Assembly (NCBI GenBank): GCA_965199955.1
Contig: CBDATQ010000001.1
Coordinates: forward strand, 1,376,001-1,440,000
DNA: 64,000 nucleotides
DNA from: Spirochaetia bacterium
GTDB taxonomy: Bacteria > Spirochaetota > Spirochaetia > SZUA-6 > Bin103
Reading direction: 5' to 3'
Positions 54,830-64,000 of the stretch are shown one piece after another (the first letter of the stretch is position 1; each line of letters opens with the position of its first letter). The position numbers were made by a program, and so were the translations under genes. Under the pieces are notes generated by a model. It was not told where the DNA came from and did not search any database. It saw only the letters and a program-made list of their open reading frames with translations.

Positions 54830-56440
54830 ATGAGAAGAACCGTGGTACTCGCAGTCACGGTGGCCATGCTGTGCGCCGCCGCATCCGTGTCCGCCGACGA
54901 CTGGATGATGGACACGTCGCCCGTGACGCTGAAGGTCTACTCGGACCGCGGCTGGTTCCAGCCATGGGAGGGCCGGGGAGCCGAGTTCGTCACCGAGAAG
55001 ACCGGGGTCGACCTGGAAATCCGCAAGCCGCCCGAGGACGACTCGACGGGCCAGGACATCAACCTGATGATCGCCAGCAACGACTGGCCGGACCTGATGG
55101 TCGTCGACTGGAACAACCCGGGCGTGCCGCAGTTGATGGACGCCGGACTGGTCCATGACGTCAACGAGCTGATCGATGCGCATGCGCCGAGCTTCCGCGC
55201 CTACCTGGACGACGCCATCGGCCCGGAGCTGTTGGGCGGCACCTACGCTCACACCGACGGCAAGACCTATCGGCTGGCCTTCGGTGGCAACCTGGGGGCG
55301 AAGGACTCCGCGATGGCGGCCGAGGTCGGGTTCGCGATTCCGTGCTGGCTGCCGCGCTTCGGCGTGCGCCAGGACTACTTCGATGAGATCGGCGCGCCGG
55401 AGATCCGCAACGCCGACCAGTTCTATGAAGCCGTGAAGGCCATGGCGGCGAACCATCCGGACAAGATCCCCGTCCTGGGCGACAAGAACACCAAGCACGC
55501 GTGGTTCACCTACCACTTCGGCACCAACCACACGTGGGGCAACTACTACGCCGACCCCGACGCCAAGGAGATCAAGTACTACACCAGCCACCCGGCGTTC
55601 CCGGAGGCGATCAAGTTCATGAACAAGCTGGCGCGTGAGGGCCTGTATCCGGAGGAGGCGCTCATCTGGACGTCCGAGGTCCACGAGGAATGGGTGGCCG
55701 GCAACGTCATCGTGATCATGACCAACGACTGTCCCCCCGGGCAGGCCATGCCCATAGGCGAGACCGGAACCACGCGCTACGTGCTGCCCCCGTGGGACAC
55801 CTATGCCTACAGCCTGTGGCGCACGCCGTGGATGGCCGACCTGTTCCCGACCGCGTCGGACAAGTCAGATCGCGCGATCCGCTTCGTCCAGTACTACGCC
55901 AGCCCCGAGGGGTTCGCCGACACCTCCGCCGGTGTCGAGGGCGACGAGTGGACCGGTGATCCCGTGAACGGCCCCCACTTCTCTTACAATGCCGACAACT
56001 ACGTCACTCCGCTCTTCCCGGACGGGCTGCCGACTTGGTTCCCGGAGTTCCTGGAAATGGTCAATGCCGACTGGACCAACCTGATCACGGCCGGGATCCA
56101 TCTGCCGCCGATCATCACCCTGGACGGCATCAAGCTGGGTGCACCTCGCTGGCAGAATGGACCGAGTGCGAACGACGTCGCCTTTGTCGAGATGATGACG
56201 CCGTACTTCACGGCCGGTCCCGAGCTGTACGTCCCGATCCGCGGTGACAGCGACATCGGCATCATCCGCGAGCGGGTGGACAAGCTGTTCGAGGACTACT
56301 TCGCCCGCATGGTCTTCGCCGACAGCGAGGAAGAGGCCGTCAGCCTGATCGCCGAGTTCCAGGACAAGGCCGGGCAGGCGGGACTCGCCCAGTTCGAGGC
56401 CGAGGCGACGAGCATCTACCGCTCCAACCTCGGTATGTAA
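54830..56440 (+). CDS. Carbohydrate ABC substrate-binding protein (LplA-like)
   Basis: Signal peptide, EKTGVDL, NLMIASNDWPD, VRQDYFDEIG.PE, NKLAREGL; GAAGGAG RBS. Confidence 0.9.
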   Translation: MRRTVVLAVTVAMLCAAASVSADDWMMDTSPVTLKVYSDRGWFQPWEGRGAEFVTEKTGVDLEIRKPPEDDSTGQDINLMIASNDWPDLMVVDWNNPGVPQLMDAGLVHDVNELIDAHAPSFRAYLDDAIGPELLGGTYAHTDGKTYRLAFGGNLGAKDSAMAAEVGFAIPCWLPRFGVRQDYFDEIGAPEIRNADQFYEAVKAMAANHPDKIPVLGDKNTKHAWFTYHFGTNHTWGNYYADPDAKEIKYYTSHPAFPEAIKFMNKLAREGLYPEEALIWTSEVHEEWVAGNVIVIMTNDCPPGQAMPIGETGTTRYVLPPWDTYAYSLWRTPWMADLFPTASDKSDRAIRFVQYYASPEGFADTSAGVEGDEWTGDPVNGPHFSYNADNYVTPLFPDGLPTWFPEFLEMVNADWTNLITAGIHLPPIITLDGIKLGAPRWQNGPSANDVAFVEMMTPYFTAGPELYVPIRGDSDIGIIRERVDKLFEDYFARMVFADSEEEAVSLIAEFQDKAGQAGLAQFEAEATSIYRSNLGM

Positions 56441-56502
56441 TCCGTCGCGCCTCCCCTGGGGGCGTGACCATTCGTTACGACGAGCGACGCTCGGTTCGTC
56501 GC

Positions 56503-56537
56503 AAGGGCACGCCGGTACAAGCAGCCGGCGTGCCCTT
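56503..56537 (+). terminator. 13-bp perfect stem-loop, last of three hairpins after the binding-protein gene
   Basis: AAGGGCACGCCGG-N9-CCGGCGTGCCCTT. Confidence 0.65.
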
Positions 56538-56570
56538 CTGATTAAGTGGGCGTTCGGTCTCCCAACCGGG

Positions 56571-58364
56571 ATGAGAGGAATGCGAGCAGACGAGCTGACC
56601 ATCCCCGTGACCGCGCCCGCCCCGCTTCGCGAGAAACGGGCGTCGGTCCGGGACTACGGCGCCGATCCGGCCGCCGACGACAACTACGGCGCCTTCCAGC
56701 AGGCGCTCGACGACAGCCGCGACCGCGGCATCTCCACGCTGAGCGTTCCGCCGGGAATCTACCGCTTCGCGACGGCGCGCCCCCTCTGCCTGCGCGGTCT
56801 GGAGGACTTCACGCTCGACGGGAGCGGCGCCGAGCTGATCTTCAGCAGGGACGAGGACTTCATCCACCTCTCCGACTGCCGGCGCGTCGTGCTGCGCGAC
56901 CTGGTGGTCGACTGGGACTGGGGCACGGCGCCGCTGGCCAGCATCGCGCAGGTGCGCGCAGCCGCCCCGGCCCGCGACTGGGTCGAGCTCGAGTTCACCG
57001 AGCACGACCATGTCGACGCCGGCATGACCTTCGCCACCATGAACGCGCTCGACCCGCAGCGGCTCACGCCGGGGTGCGAGGGCGGCCGGGAGTACGGGCG
57101 CGGATTCTCCAGTGTGCGCAAGGCGGGCGCCAACGTGCTGCGCTGCCACCTCGATCCGGCCGGGCTGTCCGAGCTGTTGTTCAACCCGGGTTCGGTGTAC
57201 CTAGTCCGGCACTTCCTGCACGACTCACCGGCGTTCACGATCAGCGATTGCCAGCACCTGTCGCTGCATCGGATCACCGTCCACTCGGCGGCCGGCGCCG
57301 GCTTCATCGTCCGCGGGGACACCGGCAACTGGGAGGCGGTGGCCTGCAGGATCGCCCTGCGGCCGGGCGCAACCCGTCGCATCACCACCACCTCGGACGG
57401 CCTGCACCTGGCCCAGAGCCGCGGGTTCTTCAGGCTCGAAGGCTGCGACTTCAGCTTCCACGGCGACGACTGTCTGAACATCCACGACAACATCTCCATG
57501 GGCGTGCGCGACGTGCGGCGCCACACCCTGATCGCGCGCCACGTCCGCGAGGACGAACGGCCGCTGCACGTGGGCGATCCGGTCGAGTTCCGGCGTCCGG
57601 ACCTGTCGCCTGCCGGGTTCACGAGCCACGTCACGGACCTCCGCTACCTGCCGGACGACGAGTGCGAGCTGGTTTTCGCCGACGTGCTGCCGGCTGACCT
57701 CGACGCGCAGACCATCCTGTTCAACCGCCGCTATGACAGCTCCCACTACCTGGTCCGCGGCAACCACTTCCACGAGAACCGCGCGCGCGGCGTCCTCCTG
57801 CAGGCGTGCCACGGACTGGTGGAAAGCAACCGGTTCTACCGCAACCAGGGCGCCGCGGTGCAGATCGAGACCGGGGCCAGCTTCGGGACGTGGTCGGAAG
57901 GGATGGGGGTCGAGGATCTGATCGTCCGCGACAACACCTTCCACACCTGCGACGTCAACGACTGGGGCAAGGCCGTGGTGTACATCAGCGCGTTCCTGCC
58001 CGCGGGGGTGCCGGTCACGCCGCAGGGATCGCCCAACCCCACCAGCACGATCGGCGACTCGGGGTCCTTCTATCGCACCGCCTACCCGATCTTCCGGGAC
58101 CTGCTCTTCGAGAACAACCGCTTCGTGGACTACCCGCGCAGGGCCATGATCGTCAGCTCGGCGCGGGACGTGACGGTGCGCGACAACACGTTCAGCAATC
58201 CCACCTCGCGCGCGCAGAACAACCCCGAACGGGGCTCCATCTGGGTGGAGCTGTCCAGCCGGGTGACCGTGCAGGGCAACGACTGGCAGCCGTCGCCGTA
58301 TCAGGCGGAGCGCACGGTGGAGCGGGACTCCGCAACCGCGAGCGACGTCACGATGATCGATTGA
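56571..58364 (+). CDS. Right-handed parallel beta-helix protein (GH110 alpha-galactosidase-like)
   Basis: SVRDYGA, PPGIYRF, TTSDGLH, GDDCLNIH, NRARGVLLQ, VRDNTF repeats; alternative ATG at 56580. Confidence 0.75.
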   Translation: MRGMRADELTIPVTAPAPLREKRASVRDYGADPAADDNYGAFQQALDDSRDRGISTLSVPPGIYRFATARPLCLRGLEDFTLDGSGAELIFSRDEDFIHLSDCRRVVLRDLVVDWDWGTAPLASIAQVRAAAPARDWVELEFTEHDHVDAGMTFATMNALDPQRLTPGCEGGREYGRGFSSVRKAGANVLRCHLDPAGLSELLFNPGSVYLVRHFLHDSPAFTISDCQHLSLHRITVHSAAGAGFIVRGDTGNWEAVACRIALRPGATRRITTTSDGLHLAQSRGFFRLEGCDFSFHGDDCLNIHDNISMGVRDVRRHTLIARHVREDERPLHVGDPVEFRRPDLSPAGFTSHVTDLRYLPDDECELVFADVLPADLDAQTILFNRRYDSSHYLVRGNHFHENRARGVLLQACHGLVESNRFYRNQGAAVQIETGASFGTWSEGMGVEDLIVRDNTFHTCDVNDWGKAVVYISAFLPAGVPVTPQGSPNPTSTIGDSGSFYRTAYPIFRDLLFENNRFVDYPRRAMIVSSARDVTVRDNTFSNPTSRAQNNPERGSIWVELSSRVTVQGNDWQPSPYQAERTVERDSATASDVTMID

Positions 58365-60599
58365 ACGCTACCGTGCGTTCCGCCGGGAAGCGCAGGGTGT
58401 AGCTGCCGCCCGCCCTGGTCTGCAGCTCCTGCACGGTGCTGCCGTAGCGAACGCGGCACCGGCCGCCGCGGTCCGCGCGAACCAACGCTTCGGCGAGTGC
58501 GCCGCCGCGCCAGCGGGCATCCACGGAAAAGGCGCCGCGCGCGCGAAAGCCGCGGAAGGAGCCGTCGGCCCACGCGGACGGCAACGCGGGCAGCAGGTGG
58601 ATGACGCCGGCGTGGCTCTGCAGGAGCATCTCCGTGATCGCGGCGGCGACGCCCATCATGTCGCCGACCTGCACCTGGCCGTGGGCGTCCACGAACAGGT
58701 TCGGATAGAGCTTGCGGGCGAACGACCGCTCAATCAGCTCCAGAGCGCGATCGCCCAGGCGGAGCCGGGCCAGGATCGCGGCGATCCAGCCCAGGCTCCA
58801 GCCCTGCGCGTCGTAATCGTGGCGCAGCCGGTGCTCGACCGAGCGCTGCGCCGCCCGAGCCAGCTCGGGATCGCGGTCGGGCTGCACCCGGTAGCCGGGC
58901 ATCAACCCGTACAGGTGGGAGACGTGGCGGTGGCCGGGCTCCGCCTCCGCCGGTTCGTGGCGCCACTCGCGGAGCCGGCCGTCGCTGCCGATCGCCGGCA
59001 GCGCCAGCCGGTCGCGCGCCGCGCGGACTTGGCGCAGCAGGCCGTCGTCGATCTCCAGGATTTCGGCTGCCTCGATGAAGCCGTCGAACGTGTGCCAGAT
59101 GATCTCCTGGTCGCACGCGCACCCCATCGACAGGCTGCAGGCGCGGCCGTTCGCGTCCAGGAATCGATTCTCCGGCGACGCGCCGGGCCCGGAAACCAGC
59201 GTGCCGTCGTCCGGGTCCACCGCCAGCCAGTCGAGCAGGAACAGCGTGCAATCCCGGAGCACGGGATAGGCGCGTTCCGACAGGAACGCCCGGTCCCGCG
59301 TATAGCGGTAGTGGTCGATCATGTGCTGGGCACACCACGCGGCGCCCATCAGCCACATCCCCCAGAGCGGTTCCCCGTACACCGCCGCGTACCCCCACGC
59401 GTCGGTGTCGACGCCGGCGAAGAACCCCCGGCATCCCAGCTCCCGCGCCGCCCGTCCGCCGGCCACTCGCAGGCGTTCGGTGAGGTGGAACAGCGGCTCG
59501 TGGCACTCCGGCAGAGCCAGCGGCTCGGCGAGCCAGTAGGCCTCCTGGAGATTGACGTTGATGTGGTAGTCCGAGTGCCACGGCGCGCGCAGCAGCGGGT
59601 TCCACACCCCCTGCAGGTTGGCCGGCAGCGTGCCGGGCCGGGACGCGGCGATGAACAGGTAGCGGCAGTAGTGGAAGTAGAGCAGCAGCAGCCCGGGGTC
59701 TGCCACGCCGGCTGCCGCGGCGCTCACGCGCGCGTCCGTGGCCCGGTCCCCGCCCGCGTCGACCGCAAGCTGCAGGTCCACCCGGCCGAACAGGCGTCCG
59801 TGGTCCGATTCGTGATGCTCGCGCAGCTCCTCATACGGCCGGCCGGCTGCGTCGTCGAGCCGCTGCCGGCACGCGGCCGTCAGGTCGCCGGGCAGCGGGC
59901 GCGAAGGGTCATCGAACCGATAGTCCGTGGCGATGGCCACCAGGACGGTCACGGAACGTGCGCCCCGGACCCGCAGCGACTCGGGCGCATCGACCGGGCC
60001 GTCATCACCAGCTCCGCGCCGGACCGGAGGTCGGTGACGCCGCCCGCGCCGCCCGGGTGCTGCAGTGCGAACGAAGCGCCGACGCGCGGCTCATCGGCAT
60101 CGAGGCGCAGAACCACGATGTCGTCGGCGGCCGAAACGAACGCCTCGCGGCGATGGCGGACGCCTGCGCACCGGTACTCCACCGTGGCGACCGCGGTGCG
60201 CAGGTCGAGCCGCCGGCGGTAGTCGTGCACGGCTGCCTGCCCGTGTCCGAGCTCCATCGACAGGTAGCCGGCCGGCTGGTAGCTGCGCGGCGAGATGCGC
60301 GGGGCAAGGAGATGGCGCTGGCAGTAGCGTTCCGCATCGAAGTGGCGGCCGGCGGACAGCAGGCGCCGGATCTCCGCGACGTGACGCCGCGCGTGCGGCT
60401 GCATGACCGGCACCGGCGGCCCGGCCCAGATCGTCTTTTCGTTGAGCAGCACCTGATCACGCCCGATGCCGCCATAGATCATGGCGCCCAGGCGGCCGTT
60501 GCCGAGCGGCAGGGCGGCGCTCCAGCCGCGCGCGGGCCGATCCCGGTCGGAGACCGGCCGGTCCAGGGCCGCCGGAGCGTTGTACCAGAGGTCGTGCAC
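58348..60599 (-). pseudogene. GH95 alpha-L-fucosidase interrupted at ~59990
   Basis: ALPLGNGRLGAM..YQPAG in 59949..60599; LPANLQGVWN, WHSDYHINVNLQ, SPEN, HRHVSHLYG, EMLLQSH, LLPALP in 58348..59952. Confidence 0.88.
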
Positions 60600-60628
60600 G
60601 GAGTCGGAGGCTCGCGGTGGTGCGCGGA

Positions 60629-61549
60629 TTACGCCTTGATGTGGCCGACCAGCAGTCCCTTCACGAAGTAGCGCTGCAGGAACGGGTAGGCGACGGTGAT
60701 CGGAAACACGGTGACCACGATCGTGGCGTACTTCATCGATTCCATGGTCACCAGCATCTCGGAGGTGATCATCTCCGCGCCGGGTTGGATGCTCTGCGAC
60801 TGGGCGGAGGCCACCCGGTAGAACGCCTCCAGGCTCGACATGGTCTTGATCAGGATCGTCGGCACCGTCCACCACTTCTGGTTGAACACGAAGTACGCGG
60901 ATGCGAACCAGTCGTTCCAGTGCAACACGCCCACGAACAGGGCGATCGTCGCCAGCACAGGCCTGGACAGCGGCAGCATGATGCTCACGAAGATGCGGAA
61001 GTCGCCGGCGCCGTCGACCTTCGCCGAGTCCTCCAGCGACTGGGGCAGCTCCCGGAAGAACGCCATGAACAGGAGCGCGTGATAGTAGGCGAACAGCTCG
61101 GGAACGATGTAGACCCAGAACGTGTTGAGAAGGCCTATCGCGCGGTACAGCAAGTAGGTCGGGATCAGTCCGCCCGAGAAAAAGAGCGTGACCAGGCCGA
61201 TCATCGAGTAGGTCTTGCGAAAGACGAGGTGCCTCTTGGAGAGCCCGTAGGCGACCATGGACGTGAAGAACACGGCGGTCACCGTGCCCACCGCCGTGCG
61301 CAGGATCGTCACCAGGAACGCGGTGCCGATGAGGGGATCGCCCAGCACGACGCGGTAGTTGGTCAGCGTAGGGCGGCGCGGGAACAGGAACAGCCCGCCC
61401 TTGGCCGAGTCGATCCCCTCGTTGAGGGAGCGCAGGATGACGTAGTAGAAGGGGTAGAGGGTGACGATGAGCACGATCAGCGCCAACGCGACCACGACCA
61501 TGTTGATGACGCGGTCCTCCCTCGACTGGGCCATGCGCGCGAGCGCCAT
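60629..61549 (-). CDS. Carbohydrate ABC permease (LplC-like)
   Basis: FFSGGLIPTY, EDSAKVDGA, HWNDWF, YPFLQRYFVKG. Confidence 0.95.
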   Translation of the reverse strand: MALARMAQSREDRVINMVVVALALIVLIVTLYPFYYVILRSLNEGIDSAKGGLFLFPRRPTLTNYRVVLGDPLIGTAFLVTILRTAVGTVTAVFFTSMVAYGLSKRHLVFRKTYSMIGLVTLFFSGGLIPTYLLYRAIGLLNTFWVYIVPELFAYYHALLFMAFFRELPQSLEDSAKVDGAGDFRIFVSIMLPLSRPVLATIALFVGVLHWNDWFASAYFVFNQKWWTVPTILIKTMSSLEAFYRVASAQSQSIQPGAEMITSEMLVTMESMKYATIVVTVFPITVAYPFLQRYFVKGLLVGHIKA

Positions 61550-62499
61550 CAGAACAGGCTCCTGCCGCTGATCCGGCCCGACAGCCAGTTGGTGATGACC
61601 ACCAGGATCATCGCCAGCAGCGACTGCATCAGTCCGACCGAGGTGGCGAACGAGTAACGGCCGAGCTCCAGGCCCATTTCCAGGATGTAGTACTCCAGAA
61701 CGTACGAGGTCTCGCGCGTGAACAGGTTGCCGAGCAGGTACGACGTGTCCAGGCCGGCGCGCACCAGCCCTCCCATGCTCAGGATCAGCAGCACCGCGAT
61801 GAGGCCGGTCATGTTCGGCAGGGTGATCCGCCACGCGCGCCGCAGCCGTCCCGCGCCATCGATGGTCGCCGCCTCGTAGAGCTGCTCGTCGATGCCGGCG
61901 ATCGCCGCCAAGTAGAGGATGGCGCTCCAGCCCATGCTCTTCCAGACGTTCACCATCGTCGCCAGCAGCCGCCAGTACTCGGGTTTCGTCCAGAACAGCA
62001 CCGGTTCGTCGACCAGGCCGACGGCAACCAGCACGTCGTTGACGATGCCGCGGCGGTCGAGCAGCAGGATGAACAGGTAGGCGGTGACCACGTAGGAGAT
62101 GAAGTGCGGCAGGTAACTGGTGGTCTGCACCACCCGCTTGAATCCGGTGCGGGGGATCTCGTTGATCAGCAGCGCCAGCAGGATGGGTGCCGGGAAGCCG
62201 AACACCAACCCGTAGAGGCTGAGCAGCACGGTGTTCCGGAACGCGGGATAGAACTCCGGATCGGTGAGCGCCCAGGTGAAGTGCTTGAGTCCCACGAACG
62301 GGCTGGCGAAGTAGCCCATGAGGATCTTGAAGTCCTGGAAGGCGATGATCAGGCTGATCATCGGCAGATAGGCGAAGATGAGGAGGAACAGCACCCCCGG
62401 CAGGGTCATGAGCTGCAACTGGAGCTGTCCCCTGAACCGCCGCATCAGCGGTACGCGCACGATCGGCGCCGCGCGGCCGATTGCCGCCCTGTCCGCCAT
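61549..62499 (-). CDS. Carbohydrate ABC permease (LplB-like)
   Basis: SYLPHFISY, WKSMGWSAILYLAAI, LYEAATIDGA. Confidence 0.95.
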   Translation of the reverse strand: MADRAAIGRAAPIVRVPLMRRFRGQLQLQLMTLPGVLFLLIFAYLPMISLIIAFQDFKILMGYFASPFVGLKHFTWALTDPEFYPAFRNTVLLSLYGLVFGFPAPILLALLINEIPRTGFKRVVQTTSYLPHFISYVVTAYLFILLLDRRGIVNDVLVAVGLVDEPVLFWTKPEYWRLLATMVNVWKSMGWSAILYLAAIAGIDEQLYEAATIDGAGRLRRAWRITLPNMTGLIAVLLILSMGGLVRAGLDTSYLLGNLFTRETSYVLEYYILEMGLELGRYSFATSVGLMQSLLAMILVVITNWLSGRISGRSLF

Positions 62500-62503
62500 G
62501 GGC

Positions 62504-64000
62504 TCAGTCACGCCCCTTGCGCACATAGGGGGCGGTCGGCGTGATCCGTTCGGTGAAGTGATCCTCGCCGCTGTCGATGCCGTCCAGATCCCACGCGTCC
62601 AGGTGACGCAGCGTCACCACGTGCTTGGAGTCGATGGGCGCGCCGCGCACGAAGAAGTGATACGCCAACCGGTCGGGGTCCGGCGGGTAGATGCGGTTGG
62701 CCATCGGCACGCCGTCGCCGGCGAACACCTCCAGTACCGACGCGTCCACGAACACCCGCAGCCGCACCTCCGCGCCGGCTTCGATTCCCGCCGGCGCGGT
62801 GTACTCGTTGTCCGGCGTGAGCATGCGGAGCTGTCCGTCGGCGGTGGAGTAGGTCACCTCGCAGGCGAACGGTCCGTCGGCGATGCGCAGGCCGCAGGAG
62901 AAGTCCTTGTACTCGATATCGTCCGGCGAGCCCGGATCCACGGCCAGCGCGATCTCCACCGACGAGCCCAGGACGCCGAGCTCGCAGACCTCGCCGACAG
63001 CGAACGTGCGGTCGGCCCATCGGCGGTGGTTGCGGCGCAGCGCGGCGATCTCGCCGGCGGGCACGACGTCGAACGTGCCCTGCCGGTTGGGGATGAATTG
63101 CCGCGGCACCGTGAACACGCCGGACCAGCGGATGTCCGGGTCTTGCGTGCGCCGCTGCTTGTCCGGGATCCAGCCCCACATGAACAGCCGCCCCGCGTCG
63201 TCGCGGGTCAGGACCGAGACCAGGAAGTTGTGGCCGTGGTCGGCGAAGCCGCGCCGCTCCTCGATGAAGCGGCCGTCCCGGATCGTGCCGACCATGTACT
63301 GGCGGTGGGCAAGGTTGCTGAGCAGGTGCCGGCCGTCGTCGAGGGGCCACACGCACGGACACTCGTAGTAGATGCCTTCCCGCTCGGCGTCGTCGGCCGA
63401 CCAGAGGATGCCGCGGTAGCGCCACTCGCAGAGGTCGGACGAATCGAACAGCAGCACCAGGGATCCGGCCTTGTGCCGGCGCCCGGAGCCGACGGCCATG
63501 AAAAAGCCGTCGCGGTCGCGCCATACCCACGGATCGCGCATGCCCATCAGGTGCTCGTCGGCGCGCTCCGTATCGTAGGGGATGCCCAGGTCTTCATGGT
63601 CGGGCGGGAGGGTGGCGACGGGGTTGGCGTGGTGCGCCCGGAAGCCCTGCAGGTCCTCCCCGTCGCTGACCGCCAGGTACACGTCGCGGTTCTCGATCGT
63701 GTAGAAGGCGTACACCTTGCCCTCGTGCGCAATCAGGTTGCCGGACCAGAGGTGGCGGTCCGCGGCGACGCCGTGCTCGGGGGAGGTGAGCGCGGGCGGA
63801 TAGTGCGTCCAGGTGACCAGGTCGGCGCTGGCCACGTGGCCCCATTGGCAGGGGCCGTGCATGGCCCGGAAGTCGGGCGAGTAGCTGTGCTGGTAGGTCA
63901 CGTGGTAGCGGCCGCCGGCGAAGACGGGGTGCGTGTCTCCGGCGGCGCCGAAGGGTGCCGCCAGGTGGTAGCGAGGGTACCAGCGATCGGCCCGCACCTC
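62504..64000 (-). CDS. GH32-family glycoside hydrolase; 5' end probably beyond the window
   Basis: PRYHL, WGHVASADLVTW, WSGN, RDP, YECP, VFVDASVLEVF. Confidence 0.9.
   Translation of the reverse strand, partial: EVRADRWYPRYHLAAPFGAAGDTHPVFAGGRYHVTYQHSYSPDFRAMHGPCQWGHVASADLVTWTHYPPALTSPEHGVAADRHLWSGNLIAHEGKVYAFYTIENRDVYLAVSDGEDLQGFRAHHANPVATLPPDHEDLGIPYDTERADEHLMGMRDPWVWRDRDGFFMAVGSGRRHKAGSLVLLFDSSDLCEWRYRGILWSADDAEREGIYYECPCVWPLDDGRHLLSNLAHRQYMVGTIRDGRFIEERRGFADHGHNFLVSVLTRDDAGRLFMWGWIPDKQRRTQDPDIRWSGVFTVPRQFIPNRQGTFDVVPAGEIAALRRNHRRWADRTFAVGEVCELGVLGSSVEIALAVDPGSPDDIEYKDFSCGLRIADGPFACEVTYSTADGQLRMLTPDNEYTAPAGIEAGAEVRLRVFVDASVLEVFAGDGVPMANRIYPPDPDRLAYHFFVRGAPIDSKHVVTLRHLDAWDLDGIDSGEDHFTERITPTAPYVRKGRD

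Noticed and set aside
56503..56537. Twister-ribozyme-like GCCGGTACAAGC loop
   Set aside because: Resemblance limited to one stem-loop; flanking conserved elements and pseudoknot partners not found
1..64000. Many long overlapping or antisense ORFs (e.g. 8407..10950, 32821..34542, 36669..38480, 51949..53727)
   Set aside because: Arg/Ala/Gly/Pro-rich shadow frames expected at high GC, lying over genes with clear family motifs
1..64000. rRNA, tRNA, transposase, integrase or phage genes
   Set aside because: None recognised by eye; intergenic gaps are short. A covariance-model scan was not possible.

Overview
High-GC bacterial chromosomal window, densely coding and dominated by carbohydrate and small-molecule catabolism. 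It holds four intact Asp-box (BNR/sialidase-like) propeller genes plus a decayed fifth, two paralogous unknown propeller hydrolases, and GH95-, GH32-, GH110-like and DUF6067-like enzymes. It also has three Gfo/Idh/MocA dehydrogenases, two enolase-superfamily dehydratases, a lactonase, a DHDPS/NanA-like lyase and three ABC importers (one Opp-type split over three units, two LplABC-type). Housekeeping thrB-thrC, tandem GNATs and a phyH-M14-Eis-FGGY operon are present. Small accessory cassettes sit between operons: Uma2, orphan hicB, RelE-XRE, and a DUF6036-like nucleotidyltransferase with a partner gene. Two kinds of gene damage are visible. Single-base indels may be long-read errors. Many larger internal deletions and orphan gene tails look like real deletion-driven erosion. 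Several genes appear leaderless (-10 box 5-8 nt before the start codon). No rRNA, tRNA, CRISPR array or transposase was recognised. The content is reminiscent of host-associated high-GC Spirochaetia-type MAGs, which is inference only. All family calls come from motif recognition by eye, not database searches.
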